DNA of 64,000 bases from assembly GCA_900768245.1 (NCBI GenBank), contig CAAGCE010000241.1:7187-71186 (forward strand), given 5' to 3'. Positions 47,236 through 57,699 of the stretch are shown piece after piece. A program made the position numbers and the translations under genes. The DNA is from Oscillospiraceae bacterium (GTDB taxonomy: Bacteria; Bacillota; Clostridia; Oscillospirales; Ruminococcaceae). Each line of letters begins with the position of its first letter. Position 1 is the first letter of the stretch. The notes beneath the pieces were generated by a model. It worked only from the letters and a program-made list of their open reading frames with translations, did no database searches and was not told the origin of the DNA.

Positions 47236-48180
47236 ATGGATAAGAAGCAGCCGCTTATAGCTGTTGTCGGTCCGACAGCATCGGGTAAAACAGCATTGGG
47301 CATAGCCCTTGCAAAAGAATATAACGGTGAAGTTGTATCTGCGGATTCAATGCAGATATATAAGGGTATGGATATTGCTACCGCTAAACCGACAGCAGAG
47401 GAAACAGACGGTGTTCCGCATCATCTTATAAGCGTACTTGAAACGGGAGCGTCATTCAGCGTTGCCGATTATATGAAGCTGGCACATGAAAAGATCGACG
47501 ATATTGCTTCAAGAGGGAAAATGCCTATCCTTGTGGGCGGTACCGGTCTTTATGTGTCGTCACTTATTGACAACATAAATTTTGACAATGCTGTTACTGA
47601 CGGAAAGGTAAGGGAAAGGCTTATCGAGGAAAGCAAGCGTATTGGAAATGAAGCAATGCTGGAAAAGCTTCGTGAGGTCGATCCTGAAACCGCAGCCCTT
47701 CTTCCAGCAGGAAACCTTACACGGATCATAAGAGCCATAGAGGTTTACGAGGTGACGGGGATACCGTTCAGTCGCCATAAAGAGCTAAGCCGTTCAGAAG
47801 AACCGATATACAATGCCTGTATGATAGGTCTGACATATAAGGACAGGCAGCAGCTTTATGACAGGATAAACCGCAGGGTCGACATTATGATCGAAAACGG
47901 TATGATAGAGGAGTGCCGTGCGGTCTATGAAAATGAAAAACTCGGTACAGCTTGTCAGGCTATCGGTTACAAGGAATTTATTCCATATTTTAAGGGAGAA
48001 AAGACAAAAGAGGAATGTATTGACAAAATTAAGCAAAGTTCACGCCGTTATGCCAAAAGACAGCTCACTTGGTTTCGTCGAGATGACCGAATTAACTGGA
48101 TAGAACTAACAGATGTTATATCTTTTGATAAAATTATGGAATGTTGCAAAAAAATAGTAGCCAAGTCGGATATTTTGTGA
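47236..48180 (+). CDS. miaA: tRNA dimethylallyltransferase
   Basis: P-loop GPTASGKT; 314 aa. Confidence 0.85.
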   Translation: MDKKQPLIAVVGPTASGKTALGIALAKEYNGEVVSADSMQIYKGMDIATAKPTAEETDGVPHHLISVLETGASFSVADYMKLAHEKIDDIASRGKMPILVGGTGLYVSSLIDNINFDNAVTDGKVRERLIEESKRIGNEAMLEKLREVDPETAALLPAGNLTRIIRAIEVYEVTGIPFSRHKELSRSEEPIYNACMIGLTYKDRQQLYDRINRRVDIMIENGMIEECRAVYENEKLGTACQAIGYKEFIPYFKGEKTKEECIDKIKQSSRRYAKRQLTWFRRDDRINWIELTDVISFDKIMECCKKIVAKSDIL

Positions 48181-48272
48181 TATAATAATTTATGTGTATA
48201 AAAGGGTCATTGTTTATATGTGAAAATTAATAAACTGTGAACAACTTGACGCAGCAAAGGAGTGTGTTTACG

Positions 48273-48503
48273 TTGAATAAGAATATAAATCTTCAGGACG
48301 TTTTTCTGAATCAGGCAAGAAAAGACAAGACAATGGTAACAATGTATCTGACAAACGGATTTCAGTTCAAAGGAATTGTAAAGGGCTTTGACAGCTATAC
48401 TGTTATACTCGACAGCGAGGGCAGACAGATGCTTGTTTTTAAACACGCAATTTCAACTATTTCGCCTGTTAAACCTATTTCAATTCTTGATTCGGAACAG
48501 TAA
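48273..48503 (+). CDS. hfq: RNA chaperone Hfq
   Basis: Sm motifs ([25 protein letters not shown].., YKHAISTI); start chosen as TTG 48273 with aaaggag RBS (track ORF extends 12 codons upstream). Confidence 0.75.
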   Translation: MNKNINLQDVFLNQARKDKTMVTMYLTNGFQFKGIVKGFDSYTVILDSEGRQMLVFKHAISTISPVKPISILDSEQ

Positions 48504-48532
48504 GTCCGTATCGGAACTCAACAGAGGTTGTT

Positions 48533-49876
48533 ATGGATACTATTACAGCAAAGATACTGTTCTTTTTGTTGTCAGTATTTATTTTGATAGTCGTTGCCCA
48601 TCAGGTTGCACTTTTGTTTGATGATGAGTACGATACCGAAACGGCAATTGTTTATTCATCTGCCGAAAAGGTCACTTTTAAAGGAATATATGTGCGTAAC
48701 GAAACTGTGGTCACAAGCAATGCCAACGGTGTTCTGAGTTATCCGAACATCGACGGCAGCAAAATTGCAAAGGATTCTGTTGTCGCTTACGTTTATAAAA
48801 CTGAAAACGATATTTTTATCAATCAGCAGATCGCAAAGCTGAAGGAAGAGGTTGCGCTTCTTGAAAAAGAACAGAATCCGGGTACTACAGATGTTGCTCA
48901 GCCGGAATTTATTTCGAGCCTTATTGATGAAAAATATCAGACAATAACAACTTTGATAGCTAAGAACGATCTGACAGCATTAGCTGAGGAGCGGAAGAAT
49001 TTCCAATCGCTTCTTGGGATTTATCAGATAGTTATAAATGAAGAAACAGATTATAACGACAGAATTGATTCGCTTAATAAAGAAATAGCTGAGCTTCAAA
49101 AAAGACAGAATCAGCCTGTTGATACGATAACAGTTCCCGATTCGGGATATTTTATCAGCTATGTTGACGGATATGAAAGCCTGCTTGATCCTGATAATAT
49201 AAGCAGCATTACGGCAGATGACATAAAAGAGATAATTGAAAATGACGGCTATGATCCAAGCAAGGTTTCAAAAAAAGCTGTCGGAAAAATTGTTGACGGA
49301 TACAAATGGAATCTTATTGGACTTGTAAATATAGATGATGCAGTTTTTCAGGTAGGACATGATGTTACAGTAAAGCTTTCATCAACGCCTGACAGCGTCA
49401 GTGCGAAAATTGAGGACATTATTGAAACGGACGACCCTGAGAAAAGCATTGTTATCCTCAGCTGTGAAAAGCTTAATTATAATCTTGTGCAGTGCCGTAC
49501 GGAACGTATTGAGCTTATCCTGAATGATTACAGCGGTATAAAAGTTCCGAGGGAGGCTATCCGCTTTAACAAAAAGAATGAAAAGGGCGTCTATATCCTT
49601 CAGGGACAGAGAATTGCCTTTAAAAAGCTTGATATTATTTTTGAATGTGATGAATACCTGCTGTCGAAAATTACTTCCGACAATGAGTATGTAAGCGTTT
49701 ATGATGATATAATCCTGAACGGAGAAATTCCGCAGGAGGTAATTGAGCAGATCAGCGAGGTTACCACGGTTACTGAGTCTGAAACTGTACCGTCGGTGCA
49801 GACGTCTGCCTCGGAAACAATTCAGACCGATGCTTCTTCGGATACAACAATTTCGGGAGATGGTGAAAATGAATAA
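48533..49876 (+). CDS. Membrane-anchored coiled-coil / beta-barrel protein, HlyD (membrane-fusion)-like, with S/T-rich tail
   Basis: N-terminal TM, two heptad-like stretches (KLKEEVALLEKEQ, KEIAELQKRQ), beta-rich C-terminal half; family assignment tentative. Confidence 0.4.
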   Translation: MDTITAKILFFLLSVFILIVVAHQVALLFDDEYDTETAIVYSSAEKVTFKGIYVRNETVVTSNANGVLSYPNIDGSKIAKDSVVAYVYKTENDIFINQQIAKLKEEVALLEKEQNPGTTDVAQPEFISSLIDEKYQTITTLIAKNDLTALAEERKNFQSLLGIYQIVINEETDYNDRIDSLNKEIAELQKRQNQPVDTITVPDSGYFISYVDGYESLLDPDNISSITADDIKEIIENDGYDPSKVSKKAVGKIVDGYKWNLIGLVNIDDAVFQVGHDVTVKLSSTPDSVSAKIEDIIETDDPEKSIVILSCEKLNYNLVQCRTERIELILNDYSGIKVPREAIRFNKKNEKGVYILQGQRIAFKKLDIIFECDEYLLSKITSDNEYVSVYDDIILNGEIPQEVIEQISEVTTVTESETVPSVQTSASETIQTDASSDTTISGDGENE

Positions 49877-50552
49877 CAGCATTGTTTCTGAAAATTTAAA
49901 ACGTGTGCAGTATAATATTGCCGAGGCAAAAGCTAAATATCGAAATGAAAATGATGATGTTAGGCTTATGGCGGTAACCAAAACTGTGCCATATGAAATT
50001 GTAAATTCGGTAATTGAACAGGGTGTAGACCTTCTGGGTGAAAACCGTGTTCAGGAGTACCTTGATAAAAAAGATCATTATGACAAAAATGCAGAGGTCC
50101 ATTTTATCGGACATCTGCAGACAAATAAAGTAAAGTATATCGTTGACAGCGTTAAATGTATTCATTCGGTTGACAGCTTAAAGCTTGCTGCTGAAATTGA
50201 AAAGCTCGCTGAAAAGAACGGCATTGTTATGAATGTCCTGACCGAAGTGAATATCGGCGGTGAGGAGTCTAAGAGCGGTATCAGTACAGATATGCTCGAT
50301 GAGCTTGTTTATGGTATTTCGGAAATGAAAAATATAAAACTTTGCGGTCTGATGACGATACCGCCTGTGGGTAATTCGGAATTTTACTTTGAAAAAATGC
50401 AGAGGATATTTGAAGATCTGAAAGCAAAAAAAGTTGATAACGTATCTATGGATATACTTTCAATGGGTATGTCGGCTGATTACGTTGAAGCCATAAAATA
50501 TGGTTCTAATATAGTAAGAGTAGGTTCCGCCATTTTCGGAGCCAGAAAATAA
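49869..50552 (+). CDS. yggS: YggS/YlmE family PLP-binding homeostasis protein
   Basis: RLMAVTKT PLP-lysine motif, HFIGHLQTNK; overlaps upstream gene by 8 nt. Confidence 0.8.
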   Translation: MNNSIVSENLKRVQYNIAEAKAKYRNENDDVRLMAVTKTVPYEIVNSVIEQGVDLLGENRVQEYLDKKDHYDKNAEVHFIGHLQTNKVKYIVDSVKCIHSVDSLKLAAEIEKLAEKNGIVMNVLTEVNIGGEESKSGISTDMLDELVYGISEMKNIKLCGLMTIPPVGNSEFYFEKMQRIFEDLKAKKVDNVSMDILSMGMSADYVEAIKYGSNIVRVGSAIFGARK

Positions 50553-50570
50553 AAGAGAGGATGTAAAATA

Positions 50571-51002
50571 ATGGGATTACTTGATACTTTAAAGGAAGCT
50601 TTTGGTATGGGTGCTGAAAATGATGGGGATAATGACGGCAATGAGGGCTATGTAAACGACCAGCCAAGCTATGATAATGACGACGAGGGCAAAAGAAATC
50701 GCGTTGTTAATATCCATGCAACAGCTCAGCTTCAGGTTATCCTTGTTAAACCGGAGGTTTTTGCAGATACAAAGGAAATTGCAAATCATCTTAATTCAAA
50801 GAAGACAGTTGTGCTTAATCTTGAGTCAACAACTCCTGATGTAACAAGAAGAATTATTGACTTCCTTGGCGGTGTTGCATACGCAAACGGAGGAAACATC
50901 AAGCCTGTTGCAAACAATACATTTATTATTACACCTTATAATGTTGGCTTTGAGGGCGATGACCTTGTTGGTGAGCTTGAAAACAACGGTGTATTTCTTT
51001 GA
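50571..51002 (+). CDS. sepF: Cell division protein SepF
   Basis: Conserved C-terminal SepF domain (VVLNLE...IIDFLGG...FIITP). Confidence 0.8.
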   Translation: MGLLDTLKEAFGMGAENDGDNDGNEGYVNDQPSYDNDDEGKRNRVVNIHATAQLQVILVKPEVFADTKEIANHLNSKKTVVLNLESTTPDVTRRIIDFLGGVAYANGGNIKPVANNTFIITPYNVGFEGDDLVGELENNGVFL

Positions 51003-51781
51003 TGAATAAGCTTGGGAGCTTTTTTGACGGTTTATCAGGCGATGATAAGCTTCTTGCATCACATATATATGATATGGCTGAAATTTGCGATAAAAAATAT
51101 ATACCGAGGTTTTCGTCTTTTCTTGACGCAAGACAGGCTAAACTTGCGGAATCTGTGCTTTGCAGCATTGGTTTTGACAGATATATGTTTTATGGCGGAT
51201 ATAATGAGGCGGAAAGGGTAATTCTGAGTGTTTTTCCACCGTATTCCGAGCCTGACAAAACGGAATTTCCTATGAAAAATCTTGTGTTCAGATACAGAGA
51301 GACCGATAAGCTTTCTCATAGGGACTTTCTCGGTTCACTTATGGGGTGCAGGATAAACAGGAATATGATCGGTGACATTATTGTAAATGATGGTTATACG
51401 GTCGCATTTGTTTATGCTACTGTGGCAGATAATGTCTGTACGGAAGTCAGGAAGATCGGGTCTGTGGGTGTGAATATATCGGAAGAAGCTGAACCTGATA
51501 TTCGTGTTAATAAAAAATTTACTGAAATATGCGGTACTGTTTCATCATTGCGTGTAGACAGCGTAGTCAGTCTTGCTGTAAAATTAAGCCGTGAGAAAAC
51601 CGCACAGATCATAAGAAGCGGAAATGTAACGGTGAATTACAGCGATGATGTTTCCGTAAGCGATGAAATGAAAGAGGGAGATGTTTTTTCCGCAAGAGGC
51701 TATGGAAAATTTCTCCTTGAAAGCATTAACGGCAAAACAAAAAAAGATAGATTACATATTTGTATAAAAAAATATATTTAG
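50999..51781 (+). CDS. ylmH: YlmH-like S4-domain RNA-binding protein
   Basis: 260 aa; position after sepF and before divIVA; C-terminal S4-like region. Confidence 0.65.
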   Translation: MMNKLGSFFDGLSGDDKLLASHIYDMAEICDKKYIPRFSSFLDARQAKLAESVLCSIGFDRYMFYGGYNEAERVILSVFPPYSEPDKTEFPMKNLVFRYRETDKLSHRDFLGSLMGCRINRNMIGDIIVNDGYTVAFVYATVADNVCTEVRKIGSVGVNISEEAEPDIRVNKKFTEICGTVSSLRVDSVVSLAVKLSREKTAQIIRSGNVTVNYSDDVSVSDEMKEGDVFSARGYGKFLLESINGKTKKDRLHICIKKYI

Positions 51782-51792
51782 AGGTGAAAGAA

Positions 51793-52500
51793 ATGCTTAG
51801 TGCAAAGGATATTAACAATAAAAAATTTGAGCAGACAAGACCCGGTTATAAGCCTGAAGAGGTTGATGATTTTCTCAGAGAGATCGCAATGCAGATAACG
51901 AAAATGAATGAGGAAATCGCAAGAGTTCAGAGCGAGCATGAAGAATTAAAAGGAAAAATGGATGTTCTTGTGAAGAAAATCCGTGAATACAAGGACGATG
52001 AGGACGCTCTCAAGGATGCTCTTATCGGCGCACAGAAGCAGGGCAGAGCTGTAATTCAGGAAGCAAATGAAAATGCTGAGAAAATTATTGCGGAAGCTCA
52101 TGTCAAGGCTGATGAAATTATTGGTAACACAAGAGTTCAGCTTGAAAAAGAAAAACGCTGCCTTTCAAAAATGCAGCAGGAAGTTTCAGATTTCAAGGCA
52201 AACCTTCTTTCAATGTATAAGTCACACCTTGAACAGATAACATCAATTCCAGATTTTGATGACGACGATGAAGAAGAGGAAGTTCCTGTTCAGGCAGAAA
52301 AAGCACCTGAGCAGCCTGTTGCGGAACAGCATGCTGTTAATGAGCCTGAACCGGCACCGCAGCCGCAGAATATGGAAGCAACAAGAGTTATGGACAGCTC
52401 TTTAAGACGTGAAAGACAGGCTCAGGCATTCCCATTTGCTGATACATCAAATTCATCAGACAGCAAATTCGGAAATCTTAAGTTCGGACAGAACAAATAA
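51793..52500 (+). CDS. divIVA: Cell division / polarity protein DivIVA
   Basis: MLSAKDINNKKFEQTRPGYKPEEVDDFL N-terminal lipid-binding domain then coiled coil. Confidence 0.85.
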   Translation: MLSAKDINNKKFEQTRPGYKPEEVDDFLREIAMQITKMNEEIARVQSEHEELKGKMDVLVKKIREYKDDEDALKDALIGAQKQGRAVIQEANENAEKIIAEAHVKADEIIGNTRVQLEKEKRCLSKMQQEVSDFKANLLSMYKSHLEQITSIPDFDDDDEEEEVPVQAEKAPEQPVAEQHAVNEPEPAPQPQNMEATRVMDSSLRRERQAQAFPFADTSNSSDSKFGNLKFGQNK

Positions 52501-52563
52501 TTTTTTCTGATAATTTAATTCATTTATTTGGATTATAATTTTATAACAAGGAGAGTTAATTAC

Positions 52564-55368
52564 ATGGCGCAGGATTATAATACCACACTTAATCTTCCCA
52601 AAACAGAATTTTCTATGAGGGGCAATCTTACACAGAAAGAACCTGCTATGCTTGAAGATTGGGCTAAGGACAGAACTTACTATGCAATGATCGAAAAGAA
52701 TAAGGAGAAGCCTTTATATGTTCTTCACGACGGTCCTCCGTATGCTAACGGCGATATTCATATGGGTACGGCTCTTAATAAGGTTCTTAAGGATATTATT
52801 GTTAGATATAAAAATATGAATGGTTTCTGCGCCCCTTATATTCCGGGCTGGGATACACACGGTCTTCCGATCGAACTTAAAGCAATGAAGGAGATCGGCG
52901 TTGAGAATGGTGCAATTCCGCCTGTTGAGCTTCGTGAACATTGCCGTGACTATGCTTTGAAGCAGGTAGAAAATCAGAAGAAGCAGTTTGTACGACTTGG
53001 TGTGTGGGGTGATTTTGATAATCCGTACCTTACACTTAAGCCTGCTTTTGAGGCTCGTGAAATTGAAGTATTCGGTGATATGTATAAGAAGGGCTATATT
53101 TACAAGGGACTCAAGCCTGTTTATTGGTGTCCTGACTGTCAGACAGCTCTTGCCGAAGCTGAGATCGAATATGCAAATGACCCGTGTCATTCAATTTATG
53201 TTAAGTTTAAGGTTACAGACGATAAGGGTAAATTTACTGCTCTCGGACTTGACCTTGATAAGACATACTTTGTGATCTGGACAACAACAACCTGGACTCT
53301 CCCCGGTAACCTTGCGATCTGCCTTGGTCCTGAATATGAATATACAATTGTTCAGGCAAACGGTGAGAATTATGTAATGGCAGCTGAGCTTGTTAAGCCA
53401 ACAATGGCTGCAGCTAAAATTGAAAATTACACAACAACAGGTTCTTTCTATGGCAAGGAGCTTGAATATATGGTTGCTGCTCATCCGTTTATGGGCAGAG
53501 ATTCACTTGTAATTGTCGGCGACCATGTAACACTTGAAAGCGGTACAGGATGTGTTCATACTGCTCCGGGATTCGGTGTTGACGACTTTGAAGTCTGCAA
53601 GAAGTATCCTGAGATCGGTATTGTTGTACCTGTTGATTCAAAGGGTGTTCTTACAGCTGAAGCAGGAAAATATGCAGGACTTAAAACAGATGATGCAAAT
53701 AAAGTTATTGCTGCTGACCTTGAAGCAAGCGGAGCATTATTTGCACTTGAAAAGATTGTCCATCAGTATCCTCATTGCTGGAGATGTAAAAATCCGGTTC
53801 TCTTCAGAGCAACTGAACAGTGGTTCTGTTCCGTTAAGGGCTTTAAGGATGCTGCTATCAAGTCAATTGAGGATGTTCAGTGGATACCTGAATGGGGCGA
53901 AGAACGTATCAAGGGAATGGTAAATGACAGAAGTGACTGGTGTATCTCACGTCAGAGAACATGGGGTGTTCCTATTCCTGTTGTTTATTGTAAGGATTGC
54001 GGCAAGCCTGTTGTTACAGATGAAACGATCAAGGCTATTTCAGATATGTTCAGAGCAGAAGGCTCAAATTCTTGGTATCTTAAAGATCCTAAGGACTTTA
54101 TTCCTGCTGATGTTAAGTGCGAATGCGGATGTTCGGAGTTCGTTAAGGAAAAGGATATTTTTGATGTATGGTTTGACAGCGGTGTAACTCATAAGGCTGT
54201 TATGGAAGAAAGAGGATATGACCTTCCTGTTGACCTTTACCTTGAAGGTGCTGACCAGTACAGAGGCTGGTTCCAGTCATCACTCCTTACTTCAGCTGCT
54301 ACAAAGGGTACTGCTCCGTATAAGGCAGTCTGCACACATGGTTGGGTCGTTGACGGCGAAGGCAAAACAATGCACAAATCACTGGGCAATGGTGTTGATC
54401 CAAGAGAGATCACAGACCAGTATGGTGCTGATATTCTCAGACTTTGGGTCGCATCCTCCGATTATCATGCAGACATCAGAATCTCCAAGGAGATCCTCAA
54501 ACAGCTTTCCGATACTTATAAAAAAATCAGAAATACTGCAAGATTTATTCTCGGAAACCTTGGCGACAGCACAGGCTTCAGCGTAGAAAATGATATTGTT
54601 GATGTTAAGGATATGCACGAAATCGATAAATGGGCTCTTGTAAAGCTCAATGCTCTTATTGATAAGTGTAAGGCTGCATATGATGCATTTGATTTCCATA
54701 TCGTTGTACACAGCATTCATAACTTCTGCGTTACAGATATGTCTAATTTCTATCTTGATATTGTTAAGGACAGACTTTACTGCACAGGTGAAAAGTCACT
54801 TGACAGACGTGCAGCTCAGACTGTAATGTATTATATTCTCAGTGCAGTTTCAAGGCTTATTGCTCCTGTTCTTTCATTTACAGCTGAAGAGATCTGGAAG
54901 TATATGCCTCACGCTGCATCTGATGATACAAGAAGCATTATGATGAATGATATGCCTGAAAAGATCGACGTAAATGTTGATGAGGCATTCACAGAAAAGT
55001 GGAATATGATCTATCAGCTCCGTTCAGATGTAACAAAGGCACTTGAAGCAAAACGTGCTGAAAAGTTCATTGGTGCATCTCTTGAAGCAAAGGTCGTTAT
55101 TCATGTAAACAATGATGACGCAATGAAGGCTAAGATCAATGAATACGTTGATGTCCTCAAAAAGGTATTTATTGTTTCCGATGTTGCTGTTTCTGCCGAT
55201 GCAAAGGGTGACTTTGGCAGCGATTATTTTGCTGACAAGCTCTCATACAGCGTTGAAAAGGCTGCAGGACAGAAGTGCGACCGCTGCTGGATGTATTCGG
55301 AATCTGTCGGAACACATGCTGACCATCCAACTCTTTGCAGCAGATGCGTTGAAGAAGTTTCAAAATAA
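52564..55368 (+). CDS. ileS: Isoleucyl-tRNA synthetase
   Basis: HMGT (HIGH variant) and KMHKS motifs, C-terminal Zn finger CDRC...CSRC. Confidence 0.95.
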   Translation: MAQDYNTTLNLPKTEFSMRGNLTQKEPAMLEDWAKDRTYYAMIEKNKEKPLYVLHDGPPYANGDIHMGTALNKVLKDIIVRYKNMNGFCAPYIPGWDTHGLPIELKAMKEIGVENGAIPPVELREHCRDYALKQVENQKKQFVRLGVWGDFDNPYLTLKPAFEAREIEVFGDMYKKGYIYKGLKPVYWCPDCQTALAEAEIEYANDPCHSIYVKFKVTDDKGKFTALGLDLDKTYFVIWTTTTWTLPGNLAICLGPEYEYTIVQANGENYVMAAELVKPTMAAAKIENYTTTGSFYGKELEYMVAAHPFMGRDSLVIVGDHVTLESGTGCVHTAPGFGVDDFEVCKKYPEIGIVVPVDSKGVLTAEAGKYAGLKTDDANKVIAADLEASGALFALEKIVHQYPHCWRCKNPVLFRATEQWFCSVKGFKDAAIKSIEDVQWIPEWGEERIKGMVNDRSDWCISRQRTWGVPIPVVYCKDCGKPVVTDETIKAISDMFRAEGSNSWYLKDPKDFIPADVKCECGCSEFVKEKDIFDVWFDSGVTHKAVMEERGYDLPVDLYLEGADQYRGWFQSSLLTSAATKGTAPYKAVCTHGWVVDGEGKTMHKSLGNGVDPREITDQYGADILRLWVASSDYHADIRISKEILKQLSDTYKKIRNTARFILGNLGDSTGFSVENDIVDVKDMHEIDKWALVKLNALIDKCKAAYDAFDFHIVVHSIHNFCVTDMSNFYLDIVKDRLYCTGEKSLDRRAAQTVMYYILSAVSRLIAPVLSFTAEEIWKYMPHAASDDTRSIMMNDMPEKIDVNVDEAFTEKWNMIYQLRSDVTKALEAKRAEKFIGASLEAKVVIHVNNDDAMKAKINEYVDVLKKVFIVSDVAVSADAKGDFGSDYFADKLSYSVEKAAGQKCDRCWMYSESVGTHADHPTLCSRCVEEVSK

Positions 55369-55379
55369 AATGATAAGGT

Positions 55380-55413
55380 CAATGTAAACTGCCGTAAATG
55401 GCGGTTTACATTG
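55380..55413 (+). terminator. Strong hairpin after ileS (caatgtaaactgcc...ggcggtttacattg), no U-tract
   Basis: 14-bp inverted repeat with one wobble. Confidence 0.45.
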
Positions 55414-55425
55414 AATTATATTAAA

Positions 55426-55908
55426 ATGATATTGATTTTTTCTATTATTGCGGCAGTAGTTCTAATTGCCGTAGATCAGATAATAAAATATTGGGCAGTT
55501 ACACAGCTGATGCCGGTTGGAAAAATGGACTTCATTAAATTTGGTGATACAGATATATTGGGACTGACCTATGTTCAGAACGATGGTGCTGCATTCAGCA
55601 GTTTCAGCGGTGCAAAATATTTTCTGATTGTTCTGACGTCTGTTATGATAATCGGACTTGCTGTCTGGGCTGTAAAAGATAAGCAGAAGCACCCGTTTAT
55701 GATGTTCAGTACAGCTGCTGTCATTGCGGGAGGTATTGCTAATCTGATCGATCGTATTCGGCTTGGATATGTAATTGACTATCTTGATGTAAAGCTATTT
55801 AACTTTGCAATCTTCAACTTTGCTGATATATGCGTTGTTGTCGGAGCGATTTGCTTGGTTATATATGTGCTGTTCGTTGAAAAAAAGGTGACAAAGACCG
55901 ATGAATGA
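55426..55908 (+). CDS. lspA: Lipoprotein signal peptidase II
   Basis: 4-TM protein with LspA-like DQIIKYW and NxGAAFS motifs; start set at ATG 55426 because the track's TTG 55411 lies inside the ileS terminator stem. Confidence 0.8.
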   Translation: MILIFSIIAAVVLIAVDQIIKYWAVTQLMPVGKMDFIKFGDTDILGLTYVQNDGAAFSSFSGAKYFLIVLTSVMIIGLAVWAVKDKQKHPFMMFSTAAVIAGGIANLIDRIRLGYVIDYLDVKLFNFAIFNFADICVVVGAICLVIYVLFVEKKVTKTDE

Positions 55909-56818
55909 ATTGATCTTTAATGTTGACAACCTTGATGAAAATGAGCAGATCCGTGCTGATAAATGGATATGTGAGCAGAATAGTGATATAACACGTTCGA
56001 TGCTTCAAAAGCTTATTAAAGACGGTCAGGTAACTGTGAACGGAAAAGCAATTGTAAAAAGCTACTCTGTTAAAAACGGTGATGTTATAAAAGTAATCGT
56101 TCCCGAACCCACAGAACTTGATGTAAAGCCTGAGAACTTGCCAATCGAAATTGTCTATCAGGATGATGATCTTCTTGTTGTTAATAAGCCAAAGGGAATG
56201 GTAGTTCATCCTGCGGCAGGAAATTATGATGGTACTCTTGTTAATGCGCTGTTGTATCATTGCAGAGGACAGCTTTCTTCAATAAATGGAGTCATACGTC
56301 CGGGAATTGTTCATAGAATTGACAAAAACACCAGCGGACTTCTTATAGTTGCAAAGACAGATAAGGCTCATCTTGGCCTTGCCAAACAGATAAAGGCACA
56401 TACCTTTACACGAGAATACCAAGCCGTAGTGTGCGGACGACTTAAAGAGCCGCATGGAATTATTGAAGCTCCAATTGGAAGACACCCTGTTGACAGAAAG
56501 AAAATGTGTGTAACAGACAAAAATTCAAAGCCTGCCAAAACAGAATATACCGTTTTGGAAGAATTTAATGGATATACACTTGTAAAGCTAAAACTCTTTA
56601 CAGGTCGAACGCACCAGATACGAGTTCATATGGCATATATAGGACATCCTGTTTTCGGTGACGATGTTTACGGAAAGCCTTCAAAGCTTTGTGAGGGTCA
56701 ATGTCTGCATGCCAAAAAGATCGGATTTATTCATCCTATCAATGGACAGTATTATGAATTTGACAGCGAACTCCCTGATTATTTTACAGGGGTTTTAAAT
56801 AAACTGCGAAAATTGTAA
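55901..56818 (+). CDS. rluD: RluA-family 23S rRNA pseudouridine synthase (RluD-like) with S4 domain
   Basis: HRIDKNTSGLL catalytic Asp motif. Confidence 0.85.
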   Translation: MNELIFNVDNLDENEQIRADKWICEQNSDITRSMLQKLIKDGQVTVNGKAIVKSYSVKNGDVIKVIVPEPTELDVKPENLPIEIVYQDDDLLVVNKPKGMVVHPAAGNYDGTLVNALLYHCRGQLSSINGVIRPGIVHRIDKNTSGLLIVAKTDKAHLGLAKQIKAHTFTREYQAVVCGRLKEPHGIIEAPIGRHPVDRKKMCVTDKNSKPAKTEYTVLEEFNGYTLVKLKLFTGRTHQIRVHMAYIGHPVFGDDVYGKPSKLCEGQCLHAKKIGFIHPINGQYYEFDSELPDYFTGVLNKLRKL

Positions 56819-56847
56819 AATCAAGGTTGTTTTGTTCAGGTGAAATT

Positions 56848-57663
56848 ATGATTGATTTAGCCAAAACTCTTTTTATTACCGATATGGACGGAACGCTGCT
56901 GCCGGCGGATAAAAAGCTTAATCCTGCCGACATTGCCGCAATCGAGAAATTTCGCTGTAAGGGCGGACATTTTTCTGTTGCAACTGGACGTTCATTGCAG
57001 TCTGCTAGTCAGTATTTTAACGAATTAAAGCTTGATGAGCCTATAATTCTTTGCAACGGCGGCGGTGTATATGATTGTCGTGAAAAAAGGTTTGTCTGGC
57101 AGAAATTTGTTGATTCATCAGCATATGAAACCGTTAAAAAAGTTTTTGAACACTTCCCGAATGCAGGCGGCGAGATAAATTACAGCGACGGCATAAAAGT
57201 ACCTCATATGAGTGAAAAAGAGAAATATCACCTTAGGATTTCTTATGGTGATAATTATTGTGAGGTGCCGTATGATAAACTTTCTCCTGACGGTTGGTGT
57301 AAAATGCTTTTTGCAGCGGAAGAGGATGAGATTCCTATGATCGCTGAGTATTTGCAAAGGCTTGGCAACGATAAAATCGAATATGTTCAGTCAAGCAAGA
57401 TATTTTATGAGATCTTACCAAAGGACTGTACTAAGGGTCATGCTCTTGGTGTGCTTAAAGGTAAATATTCACTTGACGATTGGACTGTAATTGCCTGCGG
57501 CGATTTTGATAATGACCTTGAAATGATAAAGGAAGCTGACATCGGATTTGCTCCTGCAAATGCACAGGAGTGTATCAAAAATGCAGCAGATCATGTTACT
57601 GAGGCTGATTGCAGTAACGGTGCAATTGCCGAAGCTCTTAATTATGTGATGAATGTTCTGTAA
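56848..57663 (+). CDS. Cof-type HAD-IIB hydrolase
   Basis: LFITDMDGTLL motif I; C-terminal GDFDND; start position uncertain (TTG 56827 or ATG 56848). Confidence 0.7.
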   Translation: MIDLAKTLFITDMDGTLLPADKKLNPADIAAIEKFRCKGGHFSVATGRSLQSASQYFNELKLDEPIILCNGGGVYDCREKRFVWQKFVDSSAYETVKKVFEHFPNAGGEINYSDGIKVPHMSEKEKYHLRISYGDNYCEVPYDKLSPDGWCKMLFAAEEDEIPMIAEYLQRLGNDKIEYVQSSKIFYEILPKDCTKGHALGVLKGKYSLDDWTVIACGDFDNDLEMIKEADIGFAPANAQECIKNAADHVTEADCSNGAIAEALNYVMNVL

Positions 57664-57699
57664 AGCAGAATATTTTATAAAAATACGGAGGTATTTAAA

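Noticed and set aside
52501-52563. Expected T-box leader upstream of ileS
   Set aside because: Only 63 nt separate the divIVA stop and the ileS ATG, far too short for a T-box (~250 nt); no specifier/T-box consensus (AGGGUGGNACCGCG) seen. ileS is probably co-transcribed or regulated elsewhere.
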